Shown here piece after piece: positions 44,710-53,210 of a DNA stretch of 64,000 nucleotides (its first letter is position 1; every line of letters begins with the position of its first letter). The translations under genes were made by a program, and so were the position numbers. The notes under the pieces are model-generated. The model worked only from the letters and a program-made list of their open reading frames with translations. It did no database searches and had not been told where the DNA came from. Source of the stretch: Acidimicrobiales bacterium (lineage in GTDB: Bacteria > Actinomycetota > Acidimicrobiia > Acidimicrobiales > Aldehydirespiratoraceae); assembly GCA_049437325.1 (NCBI GenBank), contig JBMTIM010000001.1, positions 16,738-80,737 on the forward strand, written 5' to 3'.

Positions 44710-46148
44710 ATACAACCGAGGTTCATGATCCCATTGGGGTCGAACTCGCGTTTCAGGCCCTGCATCAGGCGGTAGGCCGAACCATGCTCCTCGGCCGTCC
44801 ACGCCGCGCGGTACTTGCCGATCCCGTGGTGATGGCACATCGAACCCCCTGCCTTCAGCGCCTCCTCGACGAAGATCGCGTTCAGCGGGATGTGGTACTT
44901 CTCACGCTCCTCTTCGATCGTGCAGTCGACGACGTCGTAGTCGTAGACGAAGTACATGTTCGTACCGGTCTGGTAGCTGTGCGAAGAGTGTCCACCGAGC
45001 ATCGTGACATCGGCGATGTGGGGAAACTCTTCGCGTACTCGTCGGATGCCGTTCTCGTAGATCTCGTTGATGATCGACCAGTTGCCGGAGACCTCGGTGG
45101 TGTAGCCCATCCGCAGGTTCTCGCGGATGAACGCTCGCTCCTCGGCGAGTTTCTCGGGACCCCAGTTGAGATGCTCGAACCAGGTCTTGATGATGGAGGT
45201 GTCGACCGGGGTGACCTCGGGGCGCGCGTCGACGATCTCGGCGATCCCCTCGGCGGTGGCGGCGGAAACCCCGGCCGGACCCTCGGTGGTGAAGATCAGC
45301 ACGCACTGTCCGGGGGCGAAGGCGTCGAAGCCGTGCTGTGCTCCGTCCTCGGCGTCGTAGAGCCGAGCGACCGACGGTTTGAAGCCGGCGGCCATGACGT
45401 CGCGCAGGATCTCGAAACCCGGCTTCATCTCGTCGAGTCGCCACCCCAGGTACCGGTTGTGCTCGGGGTAGTGGGTGAACAGCTTGACGGTGACTTCCGT
45501 GATGTAGCAGAGGGCGCCTTCGTTCCCGATGATGACGTGACGGATGTCGGGGCCACCCGCTCGACGGGGAACGTCCTTGATCCTCACGATCTCGCCCGAC
45601 GCCAGCACGGCCTCGAGACCCATGACCATGTCCTCGATACCGCCGTAGAGCGTGGAGAACTGACCGATCGAACGAGTTGCGACCAGGCCACCGAACATTG
45701 CGAGGGGCTTCGACTGGGGCGAGTGTCCGGTCGTGAGACCGATCCCTCGCACACGATCTTCGAGATCCTGCAACTTCACCCCGCACTGGACAGTTGCCTG
45801 CATGTTGAACTCGTCGATGTGCAGGATCTGATCCATCCGCTTGCCGTCGATCACGACCGAGTTTTCTGCGATCGTCTCGAGACCACCTTCGGTGGCAGTG
45901 CCACCGGTCTTCGGTACGACATTGATCCTGTGCTCGTTGCAGAAGGCGAGCGTCGAGGCGACATCGTCGGTGCTCTCGACTCGCACGACGGCAGCCGGGA
46001 TCGGCAGGCGGTAGATCCCGAAGATGTCCTCGAGTTTGCGGTAGCGGTCGAGACTGTTCTCGTTGAGCGTCTGCGCATCGGTGTCGACTTTTTCGGGGCC
46101 GAGCAGCGCGCGCAGCCCTTCAACGATGGCTTCTCGAGTGAGGGGCAT
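44691..46148 (-). CDS. FAD-linked oxidase (FAD_binding_4 / GlcD / alkyl-DHAP-synthase-like)
   Basis: 485 aa with PAAVVRVESTDDVASTLAFCNEHRINVVPKTGGT and a C-terminal HHHGIGK motif. Its 3' end overlaps the convergent MFS gene by 19 nt. Confidence 0.82.
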   Translation of the reverse strand: MPLTREAIVEGLRALLGPEKVDTDAQTLNENSLDRYRKLEDIFGIYRLPIPAAVVRVESTDDVASTLAFCNEHRINVVPKTGGTATEGGLETIAENSVVIDGKRMDQILHIDEFNMQATVQCGVKLQDLEDRVRGIGLTTGHSPQSKPLAMFGGLVATRSIGQFSTLYGGIEDMVMGLEAVLASGEIVRIKDVPRRAGGPDIRHVIIGNEGALCYITEVTVKLFTHYPEHNRYLGWRLDEMKPGFEILRDVMAAGFKPSVARLYDAEDGAQHGFDAFAPGQCVLIFTTEGPAGVSAATAEGIAEIVDARPEVTPVDTSIIKTWFEHLNWGPEKLAEERAFIRENLRMGYTTEVSGNWSIINEIYENGIRRVREEFPHIADVTMLGGHSSHSYQTGTNMYFVYDYDVVDCTIEEEREKYHIPLNAIFVEEALKAGGSMCHHHGIGKYRAAWTAEEHGSAYRLMQGLKREFDPNGIMNLGCIYPVEE

Positions 46149-46184
46149 GGTGGGCCGTTTCCTGGGGTTGTCGGTGGGAACGAG

Positions 46185-46973
46185 CTAGCGAACGAGATAA
46201 CCGCCGTCGACCGCCAACACGTGGCCGTTGACATAGTCGGCAGCACGACTGGCGAGGAACACACAGGCTCCCATCAGATCCTGGATCTGACCCCATTCGC
46301 CGGCAGGCACATGATCGATCACCGCCCTGTCGGTCTCGGGATCGGCCCGGGTCTCGCTGGTCAGTTCGGTGGCGAAGTAACCGGGCGCGATGCCGTTCAC
46401 CTGCACCCCGAACGGTCCGAGTTCGTCGGCGTAGGCCTTGGTGAGCCCGGCAATACCATGCTTGGTCGCCGCGTAGGCCGGTGAACGACGACCGCCGAGG
46501 AACGAGAACATCGAACACACATTGATGATCTTGCCGCTGCCCTGCTCGATGAAGATCGGGGCGACGGCGTGGCTCATCTCGAATGCCGCAGTGAGGTTGA
46601 CGGCGACCATCGGGTCCCATTTGCTTCGATCGAAGTCACGGACGTCGTCGACGTTGAGACCGATTCCGGCATTGTTGACGACGATGTCGACACCGCCGAG
46701 GGTGTCGACGCAGGCCCGGACGACGTCGGCAGGAACTCCAACGGCCGTCAGGTCGGCGTATTCGACGATGCACCGGCGCCCCTCGGCCTCGACGAGTTCA
46801 CCCGTCGTCCCGTCGTCGTCGGCAATCGTCGGGATGTAGATGTCGGCCCCGGCCTTCGCCATCGCCACCGCGTACCCCTGCCCGAGGCCGCGGTTTCCAC
46901 CGGTGACGATGGCACGCTTGCCCTCGAGGGAGAAGAAGTCCAGCGAGAAGTCGCGAAGAGGGCGTTCGGTCAC
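46185..46973 (-). CDS. SDR family oxidoreductase (KduD/gluconate-5-dehydrogenase-like)
   Basis: 262 aa with LEGKRAIVTGGNRGLGQG, NNAG and a YAATKHG (YxxxK) catalytic motif. Confidence 0.88.
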   Translation of the reverse strand: MTERPLRDFSLDFFSLEGKRAIVTGGNRGLGQGYAVAMAKAGADIYIPTIADDDGTTGELVEAEGRRCIVEYADLTAVGVPADVVRACVDTLGGVDIVVNNAGIGLNVDDVRDFDRSKWDPMVAVNLTAAFEMSHAVAPIFIEQGSGKIINVCSMFSFLGGRRSPAYAATKHGIAGLTKAYADELGPFGVQVNGIAPGYFATELTSETRADPETDRAVIDHVPAGEWGQIQDLMGACVFLASRAADYVNGHVLAVDGGYLVR

Positions 46974-47033
46974 AGTCGTCCAAATCTAGGCGGTTCGATT
47001 TCGGGCTGGCACAGATCTCCAAAAATGGCAGCG

Positions 47034-47534
47034 TCAGAGCAGGTCGTCGTAGTGACGCCGGGAGCTGTCGCTGAAGCAAACGAAGAGGACCCGTCCGACG
47101 GTCGTGTCGGTGCTGCGGACGGCTGCGAGCGCCACCTTCGCCGCAGCGTCGACCGGGTAGCCATACACCCCGGTGGAGATCGCAGGAAACGCAACGGTGT
47201 CGGCACCGACGCCGTCGGCAAGCTCGAGGCAACGCCGATAGCACGACGCCAGCAGATCCGGCTCGCCGTGGGTCCCGCCTCGCCAGATCGGACCGACGGT
47301 GTGCACGATCCACGGTGCAAGCAGACCAAAGCCCGGGCTGATCGTGGCGTCGCCGGTTTCACAACCCCCCAGCGTGCGACAGAACTCGAGGAGTTCGGGG
47401 CCCGCAGCGCTGTGGATCGCCCCGTCGACACCACCACCACCCAGCAACGACTGTTTCGCAGCATTCACGACCACGTCGACGTCGAGCGTCGTGATGTCAG
47501 CGGACACCGCTTCGAGGGTGGGCATGTGTCGCAC
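47034..47534 (-). CDS. Macro-domain protein (O-acetyl-ADP-ribose deacetylase, YmdB-like)
   Basis: [28 protein letters not shown] and [10 protein letters not shown] motifs. An alternative ATG lies at 47525. Confidence 0.85.
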   Translation of the reverse strand: MRHMPTLEAVSADITTLDVDVVVNAAKQSLLGGGGVDGAIHSAAGPELLEFCRTLGGCETGDATISPGFGLLAPWIVHTVGPIWRGGTHGEPDLLASCYRRCLELADGVGADTVAFPAISTGVYGYPVDAAAKVALAAVRSTDTTVGRVLFVCFSDSSRRHYDDLL

Positions 47535-47593
47535 CTTCGCACAAGACAGCCGACGTCCGCCACGATCGGCACATGCCCGAAACGCCGTTGCTG

Positions 47594-49732
47594 CTAATCC
47601 TTCAGCAGGTAGTCGGCATCGTCATCACCGAGGAGCAGATCGAGCTCGTCGGCGAGACCGGGGTGGTCGTCGAGTTCCTCGTCGGCATCGATGATCTCGA
47701 TCGCAACCTCTCTCGCTGTGGTGACCCACTCCCTGTCGCGACGAAGCGATGCCAGCTTGAGGTCGTTGCGGCCCTTTTGCCGGTCCCCCATGATCGTGCC
47801 CTCGCCGCGGAGTTCGAGATCGATCTCTGCCAGCTCGAACCCGTCGGTCGACGCCACCAGTGCCTCGAGGCGAGCCTCACCGTCCGTGGTGGTCGGGTCA
47901 CCGACGAGGAAGCAACGGCTCGCATGTTCTCCACGGCCGACCCGGCCGCGAAGTTGATGGAGCTGGGCGATGCCGAATCGGTCAGCATCGAGAATCACCA
48001 TCACCGTTGCATTCGCAACATCGACACCGACCTCGATCACCGTGGTGGCGACGAGGACGTCGGTTTCGGCTCGCCGGAAGGAGGCCATGACCTCGTTCTT
48101 TTCGGCCGGGGTGACCCGCCCGTGGAGGAGACCGACCCGCAGATCGGCGAGCTCGGTGGCTTGCAACGCACGATAGGTGTCCTCGGCGGACCTGACCTCG
48201 AGCGTCTCCGACTCGTCGATGAGCGGACAGACGACGTAGGCCTGGCGACCGTCGGCGACCGCAGCCCGAACTGCACTCCACACCGCCTGCTCGCCCGCTT
48301 CGTCTCGTGCCCACTCGGTCACGATCGGTGTTCGGCCCGGGGGCAACTCGTCGAGAACGCTCACATCGAGATCGCCGTAGACGGTCATCGCCGCTGTGCG
48401 CGGAATCGGTGTTGCGGTCATGACCAGCACATCGGGAGCGGCGATCGCGTCACCCTTGTCCCGCAGCGCCGCTCGTTGTTCGACACCGAAGCGGTGCTGC
48501 TCGTCGATCACGACTGCACCGAGCGCCGCGTATTCGACCTTGTCCTGGATCAGTGCATGGGTGCCGATGACGATGTCGACCTTGCCCTGAACAAGGTCGG
48601 CCAGGATCGTTCGACGCTCCGCCACACCGACGCGGTTGGTCAGCAACTCGATCCTCAGTGGCCGATCGCCCATGAGCGTCGTCGGGTCGGGAACCGACAG
48701 ATCGCCGAGCATCGCCGTGACACCGGCATGGTGTTGTTCGGCGAGCACCTCGGTCGGCGCCATGAATGCACCCTGGTATCCGCCTTGGACGGCGACGAGC
48801 AAGGTGTGCACGGCGACCAAGGTCTTTCCCGAGCCCACATCTCCCTGCAGGAGTCGATGCATGGGTCGACCGAGCACAAGGTCGCTGTTGATCTCGTCGA
48901 TTGCTCGTCGTTGGGCATTCGTCAGGGGGAACGGCAACCGCTCGACGAAACGTTCGGTGAGCTCACCTGCGGTTCCGTGCACGATTCCTGCAGTTGCTCG
49001 TTCGATGCGACGCTTCCGGCGAACGAGTTCGAGCTGAACCCGCAGCAGCTCGTCGAAGACGAGCCGACGCCGGGCCTCGTCCCTGTCGGTCAACGTCTCG
49101 GGTTGGTGGATCCCGCAGACGGCCTCGGCACGAGCGACGAAATCGAACCGTTTGCGCACGTCCGCCGGCAGCGGATCAGCGAAGCCACGGGGCAAGCAGC
49201 GGGCCAGCGCTTCCTCCACGAAGGCTGCGATGTCTCGGGTGAGCAGGCCCGACTTCTCCGACTGCGGATAGACGGGCACGATCCGGCCGGTCTGGTCACC
49301 CGCCAGGTCGACGATCGGACCTGTCATCTGCCGCTGGCCTCGATAGATCTCACAGGTGCCGTGCACGATCACCGTCATGCCCGGTGTGAGCTGCTTCTCC
49401 CGCCAACGCTGGTTGAAAAACGTCAGCGTGAGCTGATTGCCGCCGTCGCCGATGATGACAGTGGTGAGTGTGCGTCGCCCTTTGAGCTGCCGGGTCGACG
49501 AACGGCGGACTTCTCCGAAGACCGTCGCCTCGTCGCCGGCGCCGAGCTCGCCGATGGAGGCTTCTCGGGTTCGGTCCAGGTACCGGCGGGGGTAATGGGT
49601 GAGGAGATCGAGCACCGATGCGATCTCCGCCGAGGCGAGTGCTGCGCCCTTCTTCTCACCGACGCCGCGCAATCGGCTGACAGGAATCGCCTCGAGATCC
49701 CGCAGCGTCAGGGGCGGGTCACCGGCCGGCAC
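47594..49732 (-). CDS. recG: ATP-dependent DNA helicase RecG
   Basis: 712 aa with an N-terminal wedge/OB domain, Walker [20 protein letters not shown] (DEQH) and a [12 protein letters not shown] motif. Confidence 0.93.
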   Translation of the reverse strand: MPAGDPPLTLRDLEAIPVSRLRGVGEKKGAALASAEIASVLDLLTHYPRRYLDRTREASIGELGAGDEATVFGEVRRSSTRQLKGRRTLTTVIIGDGGNQLTLTFFNQRWREKQLTPGMTVIVHGTCEIYRGQRQMTGPIVDLAGDQTGRIVPVYPQSEKSGLLTRDIAAFVEEALARCLPRGFADPLPADVRKRFDFVARAEAVCGIHQPETLTDRDEARRRLVFDELLRVQLELVRRKRRIERATAGIVHGTAGELTERFVERLPFPLTNAQRRAIDEINSDLVLGRPMHRLLQGDVGSGKTLVAVHTLLVAVQGGYQGAFMAPTEVLAEQHHAGVTAMLGDLSVPDPTTLMGDRPLRIELLTNRVGVAERRTILADLVQGKVDIVIGTHALIQDKVEYAALGAVVIDEQHRFGVEQRAALRDKGDAIAAPDVLVMTATPIPRTAAMTVYGDLDVSVLDELPPGRTPIVTEWARDEAGEQAVWSAVRAAVADGRQAYVVCPLIDESETLEVRSAEDTYRALQATELADLRVGLLHGRVTPAEKNEVMASFRRAETDVLVATTVIEVGVDVANATVMVILDADRFGIAQLHQLRGRVGRGEHASRCFLVGDPTTTDGEARLEALVASTDGFELAEIDLELRGEGTIMGDRQKGRNDLKLASLRRDREWVTTAREVAIEIIDADEELDDHPGLADELDLLLGDDDADYLLKD

Positions 49733-49740
49733 CCTTGCTC

Positions 49741-51438
49741 CTACTCCAGCCCGAAGTAGTAGGGATACAGGGGCTGCCCGCCCTCGTGGATCTCGACCTC
49801 GACATCGCTGTGATGCTCGTCGAGCCAGGCCTCGATCTGGGCGGTGCTGTCGTCATCGGCGTCCTCGCCGGCGATGATGGTGAGCAGCTCGTGCTCGCGA
49901 TCGAGCATTGCGTCGAGCAACTCGATCGCAGCCTCGGCCATCGTCGGCTGCACGGCACAGATCCCTTCCCGACGGATTCCGAGCCAGTCACCTTCCGCAA
50001 TCGGCCCCGCCTCGGAGGTGGACTCCCGCACAGCCTGCGTCACCTCCCCGGCAACCACGCCCGAGGCCGTTTCGGTCATGTTGGCTGCATTCGTCTCCGC
50101 CGTCGTCTGCGGGTCATAGGCCATCAGGCTGGCGATGCCTTCTGCGATCGTGCGAGTGGGCACGACGCGAACGATTCGGCCGGTTTGTGCATCGACCTGC
50201 TCGGCGACCGGGATGATGTTCTTGTTGTTGGGCAGCACCACGACCTCGGAGGCCGGGACGGATTCGACGGCAGCGACGAGATCGGCGGTAGACGGATTCA
50301 TCGACTGTCCACCGGCGACCACGGCATGCACTCCCATCGACTTCAGGATCGACACGATGCCGTCGCCGACGGCAACCGCAACCACTGCGGTGGGAACCGG
50401 ATCACCGCTCGGTCCGTTCGGTCCGTCCGCTCCGATCTCGGCTGCGACCCAGTCCTCTTCGCGCTGCGCCTCGAGTTCCTCGAGCAGGTCGGTGACGCGG
50501 ATGTTGTGAGGTCGGCCGACGTCGATGCCGCACTCGATCGCTGCGCCGATGTCGTCGCAGTGAATATGGCAGTTGAAGATGCCATCACCGCCGACGACCA
50601 CGATCGAATCTCCGACCTCGGACCATGCAGCCTTGAACCCGGCGATCGTGTCGTCGGGAGCATCGAGCAAGAACATGACCTCGTAGCGCAGATCGGCGAT
50701 CGACGGCTCGTGATCGCCGCCGTCATCGCGCTCGAGGTCGAACGTCGGCGGTGCTTGCACATCCGGTTCGGGGATGGGTCGACCGTCGGTGACGGAGAGT
50801 GCAGCGTCGAGGAACAGCAGAAAACCACTTCCACCGGCATCGACCACACCGGCATCGGCCAAGACCTTCAGCAGCGTCGGCGTGCGAGCGAGCGACGCTG
50901 TTCCCTCCGTTCGTGCAGCATCGAGCACCGCCACCAGGTCAGCACCGTTATCGGCGGCCGCCTGCGCTGCCTCGCTGGACTCGCGCACGACCGTGAGGAT
51001 CGTTCCCTCGACCGGGTTGCCAACCGCGCCGTATGCCCCCTCCGACGCCGCCACAAGCGCGTCGGCGAAGACCCGCCCGTCGATCTCGACAGCATCGGAT
51101 ACGACACCGGAGAACCCTCGGAGGATCTGCGACATGATCACGCCACTGTTGCCGCGTGCCCCCATGAGCGATCCGTGAGCGACCGCACGACACACCGACG
51201 CCATGTCGGCGTCAGCGTCGGCGAGTTCGTCGCACACCGAGCGCAGCGTCAGCGACATGTTGGTTCCGGTGTCCCCGTCGGGCACCGGATAGACGTTCAG
51301 ATTGTTGATCGCCTCGCGATGATCTGCGAGGGCGTTGCTGAAGGCCTCGATAGTCGAGCAGAGGCCGAGGGCGTCGAGGGTAGAGCCGGACACGGCGACC
51401 GATCGTACCCGGCTCTGCGTCGTCGGCGTGACCTTCAT
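49741..51438 (-). CDS. DAK2 domain-containing protein (YloV family)
   Basis: 565 aa with DGDTGTNM at the N-terminus (DAK2 phosphate-binding) and a conserved position upstream of recG. Confidence 0.88.
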   Translation of the reverse strand: MKVTPTTQSRVRSVAVSGSTLDALGLCSTIEAFSNALADHREAINNLNVYPVPDGDTGTNMSLTLRSVCDELADADADMASVCRAVAHGSLMGARGNSGVIMSQILRGFSGVVSDAVEIDGRVFADALVAASEGAYGAVGNPVEGTILTVVRESSEAAQAAADNGADLVAVLDAARTEGTASLARTPTLLKVLADAGVVDAGGSGFLLFLDAALSVTDGRPIPEPDVQAPPTFDLERDDGGDHEPSIADLRYEVMFLLDAPDDTIAGFKAAWSEVGDSIVVVGGDGIFNCHIHCDDIGAAIECGIDVGRPHNIRVTDLLEELEAQREEDWVAAEIGADGPNGPSGDPVPTAVVAVAVGDGIVSILKSMGVHAVVAGGQSMNPSTADLVAAVESVPASEVVVLPNNKNIIPVAEQVDAQTGRIVRVVPTRTIAEGIASLMAYDPQTTAETNAANMTETASGVVAGEVTQAVRESTSEAGPIAEGDWLGIRREGICAVQPTMAEAAIELLDAMLDREHELLTIIAGEDADDDSTAQIEAWLDEHHSDVEVEIHEGGQPLYPYYFGLE

Positions 51439-51456
51439 GGGGCTACGCTGCGGCCC

Positions 51457-51678
51457 ATGCAGGGAGTGATCAAGAGCTACGACCCCGGCACCGGCGACGG
51501 GGTGCTGATCGACGAGTCGAACTTCGCCGAGATCGACCTCGCCGCCGACGCCCTCGACGGGTCGCTGTTTCGCATGCTCCGTCAGGGGCAGCGGGTCAAC
51601 TTCGAGCTCGATTCCGAGGGTCGTGCCACCGCCCTCAAGCTTGGCTCCGAAGCCGATATGAGCACCCCCGATCTCTAG
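51457..51678 (+). CDS. Small protein (73 aa) with a cold-shock-domain-like N-terminus lacking RNP aromatics
   Basis: It is the real 3' part of the artefactual ORF 49735..51678: MQGVIKSYDPGTGDGVLIDESNFAEIDL...QRVNFELDSEGRATALKLG. Third-position G/C bias is very strong. The pattern G-x-V-K-x-Y-D-x-x-x-G-x-G resembles CspA, but FGFI is replaced by DGVL. Confidence 0.65.
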   Translation: MQGVIKSYDPGTGDGVLIDESNFAEIDLAADALDGSLFRMLRQGQRVNFELDSEGRATALKLGSEADMSTPDL

Positions 51679-51731
51679 GGTTTGTCTGCGGGTGGCCGAT
51701 CGGCTTGGATCGCTCGCGCCCCCGGCGAAGC

Positions 51732-52844
51732 TCAGCTCCAGATGGCGTCAGACGCGCGCACGACGAGTTCAAGTTTGGCGCGCTGCTCGGACTCGGTGAG
51801 CAGGTTGCCTTCTTCGGTCGATGCGAACCCGCATTGGGGTGCAATGCCGAGTTGGTCGAGGTCGACGTACCGGCTCGCTGCGTCCACTCGCCGCGCCAGT
51901 TCGTCGACTGACTCGAGTTCGGCCGTCTTGGTGGTGATCAGACCGAGCATGATTCGCTTGTCGCCTGCAGGAAGCAGCCGGAGCGGTTCGAGACCACCGG
52001 CTCGCTCGGTGTCGTATTCCAGGTAGTACACGTCCACGCTGGTCGCATTGAAAATGGCGTCGACCGCCGGGTCGTAGCCGCCGGTTGCGGCGTGGGTGGA
52101 GCGGAAGTTGCCGCGACACAGATGCATCGCGATCGTCAGGTCGTCGGGTCGCCCGGCGATGGCGATGTCGAGCATCGAGGCATAGCGGGCGATGAGATCA
52201 TCGGGATCGAAACCTTCCGCCCGTTTGGCTGCCCGCTGATCGGGATCGCACAGGTAGGCGAAAAAGATGTCGTCGATCTGCAGGTAGCGACATCCGGCGT
52301 CGTAGAAGGCGGCGACCGCCTTGGCGTACGCCCCGGCAATGTCGCTCAACAAGACATCGAGATCCTGATAGCGCTCGGGAGCGATCGCAGAGGCTGCCGT
52401 TCGGAAGTGGACGGTCGACGGACCCGGAATCGAGATCTTTGGTGTTGTCGGGCAGATGGCAGCCAAGGCCCGGAAGTGATCGAGCATCGGGTGATCGGCG
52501 GGGAAGTCGATCGGACCCGTGATGGTCGGGTAGAAGGGCCGCAAGGTCGTCCCTTCGAACCGGAGGCCACCCTTCGAGGGGCGATGTTCGACGGTGACGC
52601 CGTCGAGCAGATCGAGGAAGTCGTAGTGCCAGAACGACCGGCGGAACTCGCCATCGGTGGCGAGTGGCAGCCCGATCTCGGCCTGCATGGCGACCACTTC
52701 TGCGATCAAGCGGTCTTCCAAGGAGCGAAGCGCTCCACCACTGTGAAGCTGATCCGCACCGATGTGGTCGGCCCGCGCTTCGATCAGCGGCATCGGCCGC
52801 AGCAGGCTGCCGACATGATCGGCACGAACGCGAGGACCGGTCAG
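51732..52844 (-). CDS. Cobalamin-independent methionine synthase (MetE C-terminal-domain-like, MetE-II family) methyltransferase
   Basis: About 370 aa with the N-terminal motif RADHVGSLLRP and zinc-ligand contexts IAMHLCRGN and IAPQCGFAST. The ORF track fuses it to a long antisense-of-pckA artefact (to 54404). The start is inferred at the CTG at 52844 because no ATG/GTG/TTG precedes the conserved motif. Confidence 0.78.
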   Translation of the reverse strand: MTGPRVRADHVGSLLRPMPLIEARADHIGADQLHSGGALRSLEDRLIAEVVAMQAEIGLPLATDGEFRRSFWHYDFLDLLDGVTVEHRPSKGGLRFEGTTLRPFYPTITGPIDFPADHPMLDHFRALAAICPTTPKISIPGPSTVHFRTAASAIAPERYQDLDVLLSDIAGAYAKAVAAFYDAGCRYLQIDDIFFAYLCDPDQRAAKRAEGFDPDDLIARYASMLDIAIAGRPDDLTIAMHLCRGNFRSTHAATGGYDPAVDAIFNATSVDVYYLEYDTERAGGLEPLRLLPAGDKRIMLGLITTKTAELESVDELARRVDAASRYVDLDQLGIAPQCGFASTEEGNLLTESEQRAKLELVVRASDAIWS

Positions 52845-53077
52845 AGGTTCACGATCGGGCAGAGCAGGGTCCGCTCGACGCCCGAGAGGTTGCCGACGGC
52901 GTTCACGACGATGCCACCGAGTCGGTCCATGTCCGATGCCGCCGCACGCGCAATCACGTCGTAGGGCCCCATGGCGACCTCGGCACTCTCGATTTCGTCG
53001 ATCTGACGCACCGCTGTCGCCACGTCGGCGGCGCTGCCAACTTCGGCTTGGATGAGAATGTATGCATTCACGGTCAT
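52841..53077 (-). CDS. Stand-alone Lrp/AsnC-type RAM (ligand-binding) domain protein, no HTH
   Basis: 78 aa: MTVNAYILIQAEVGSAADVATAVRQIDEIESAEVAMGPYDVIARAAASDMDRLGGIVVNAVGNLSGVERTLLCPIV. It has a beta-alpha-beta-beta-alpha-beta RAM pattern. Confidence 0.78.
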   Translation of the reverse strand: MTVNAYILIQAEVGSAADVATAVRQIDEIESAEVAMGPYDVIARAAASDMDRLGGIVVNAVGNLSGVERTLLCPIVNL

Positions 53078-53210
53078 CGCCTGAAACGATAGGGGTTATC
53101 GTAAAGGACTGCGTTGGTTGCTCCCGTCGGTTACTTCCGCACCACCTACCGTGGTGCACCCAGGGCTTAGGTGAGCCATTGGGCGAGCAAGAGCAAAGAA
53201 GGGCTCTTCC

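Noticed and set aside
46975-47033. A tRNA-like fragment (GGCGGTTCGATTTCGGG)
   Set aside because: It only superficially resembles a T-arm. There is no acceptor stem, anticodon arm or GGTTCGAATCC consensus, and no cloverleaf can be drawn.
47573-49759. 728-aa plus-strand ORF
   Set aside because: It is antisense to recG. It is a shadow ORF.
49735-51456. The first ~574 codons of the plus-strand ORF 49735..51678
   Set aside because: This part is antisense to the DAK2 gene. Only the terminal 73 codons (from ATG 51457) look like a real gene.
53078-53210. A SAM or cobalamin riboswitch upstream of the MetE-like operon
   Set aside because: The region is only 133 nt and is shared with the pckA promoter. 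I found none of the conserved B12-box or SAM-riboswitch core sequences when reading both strands.
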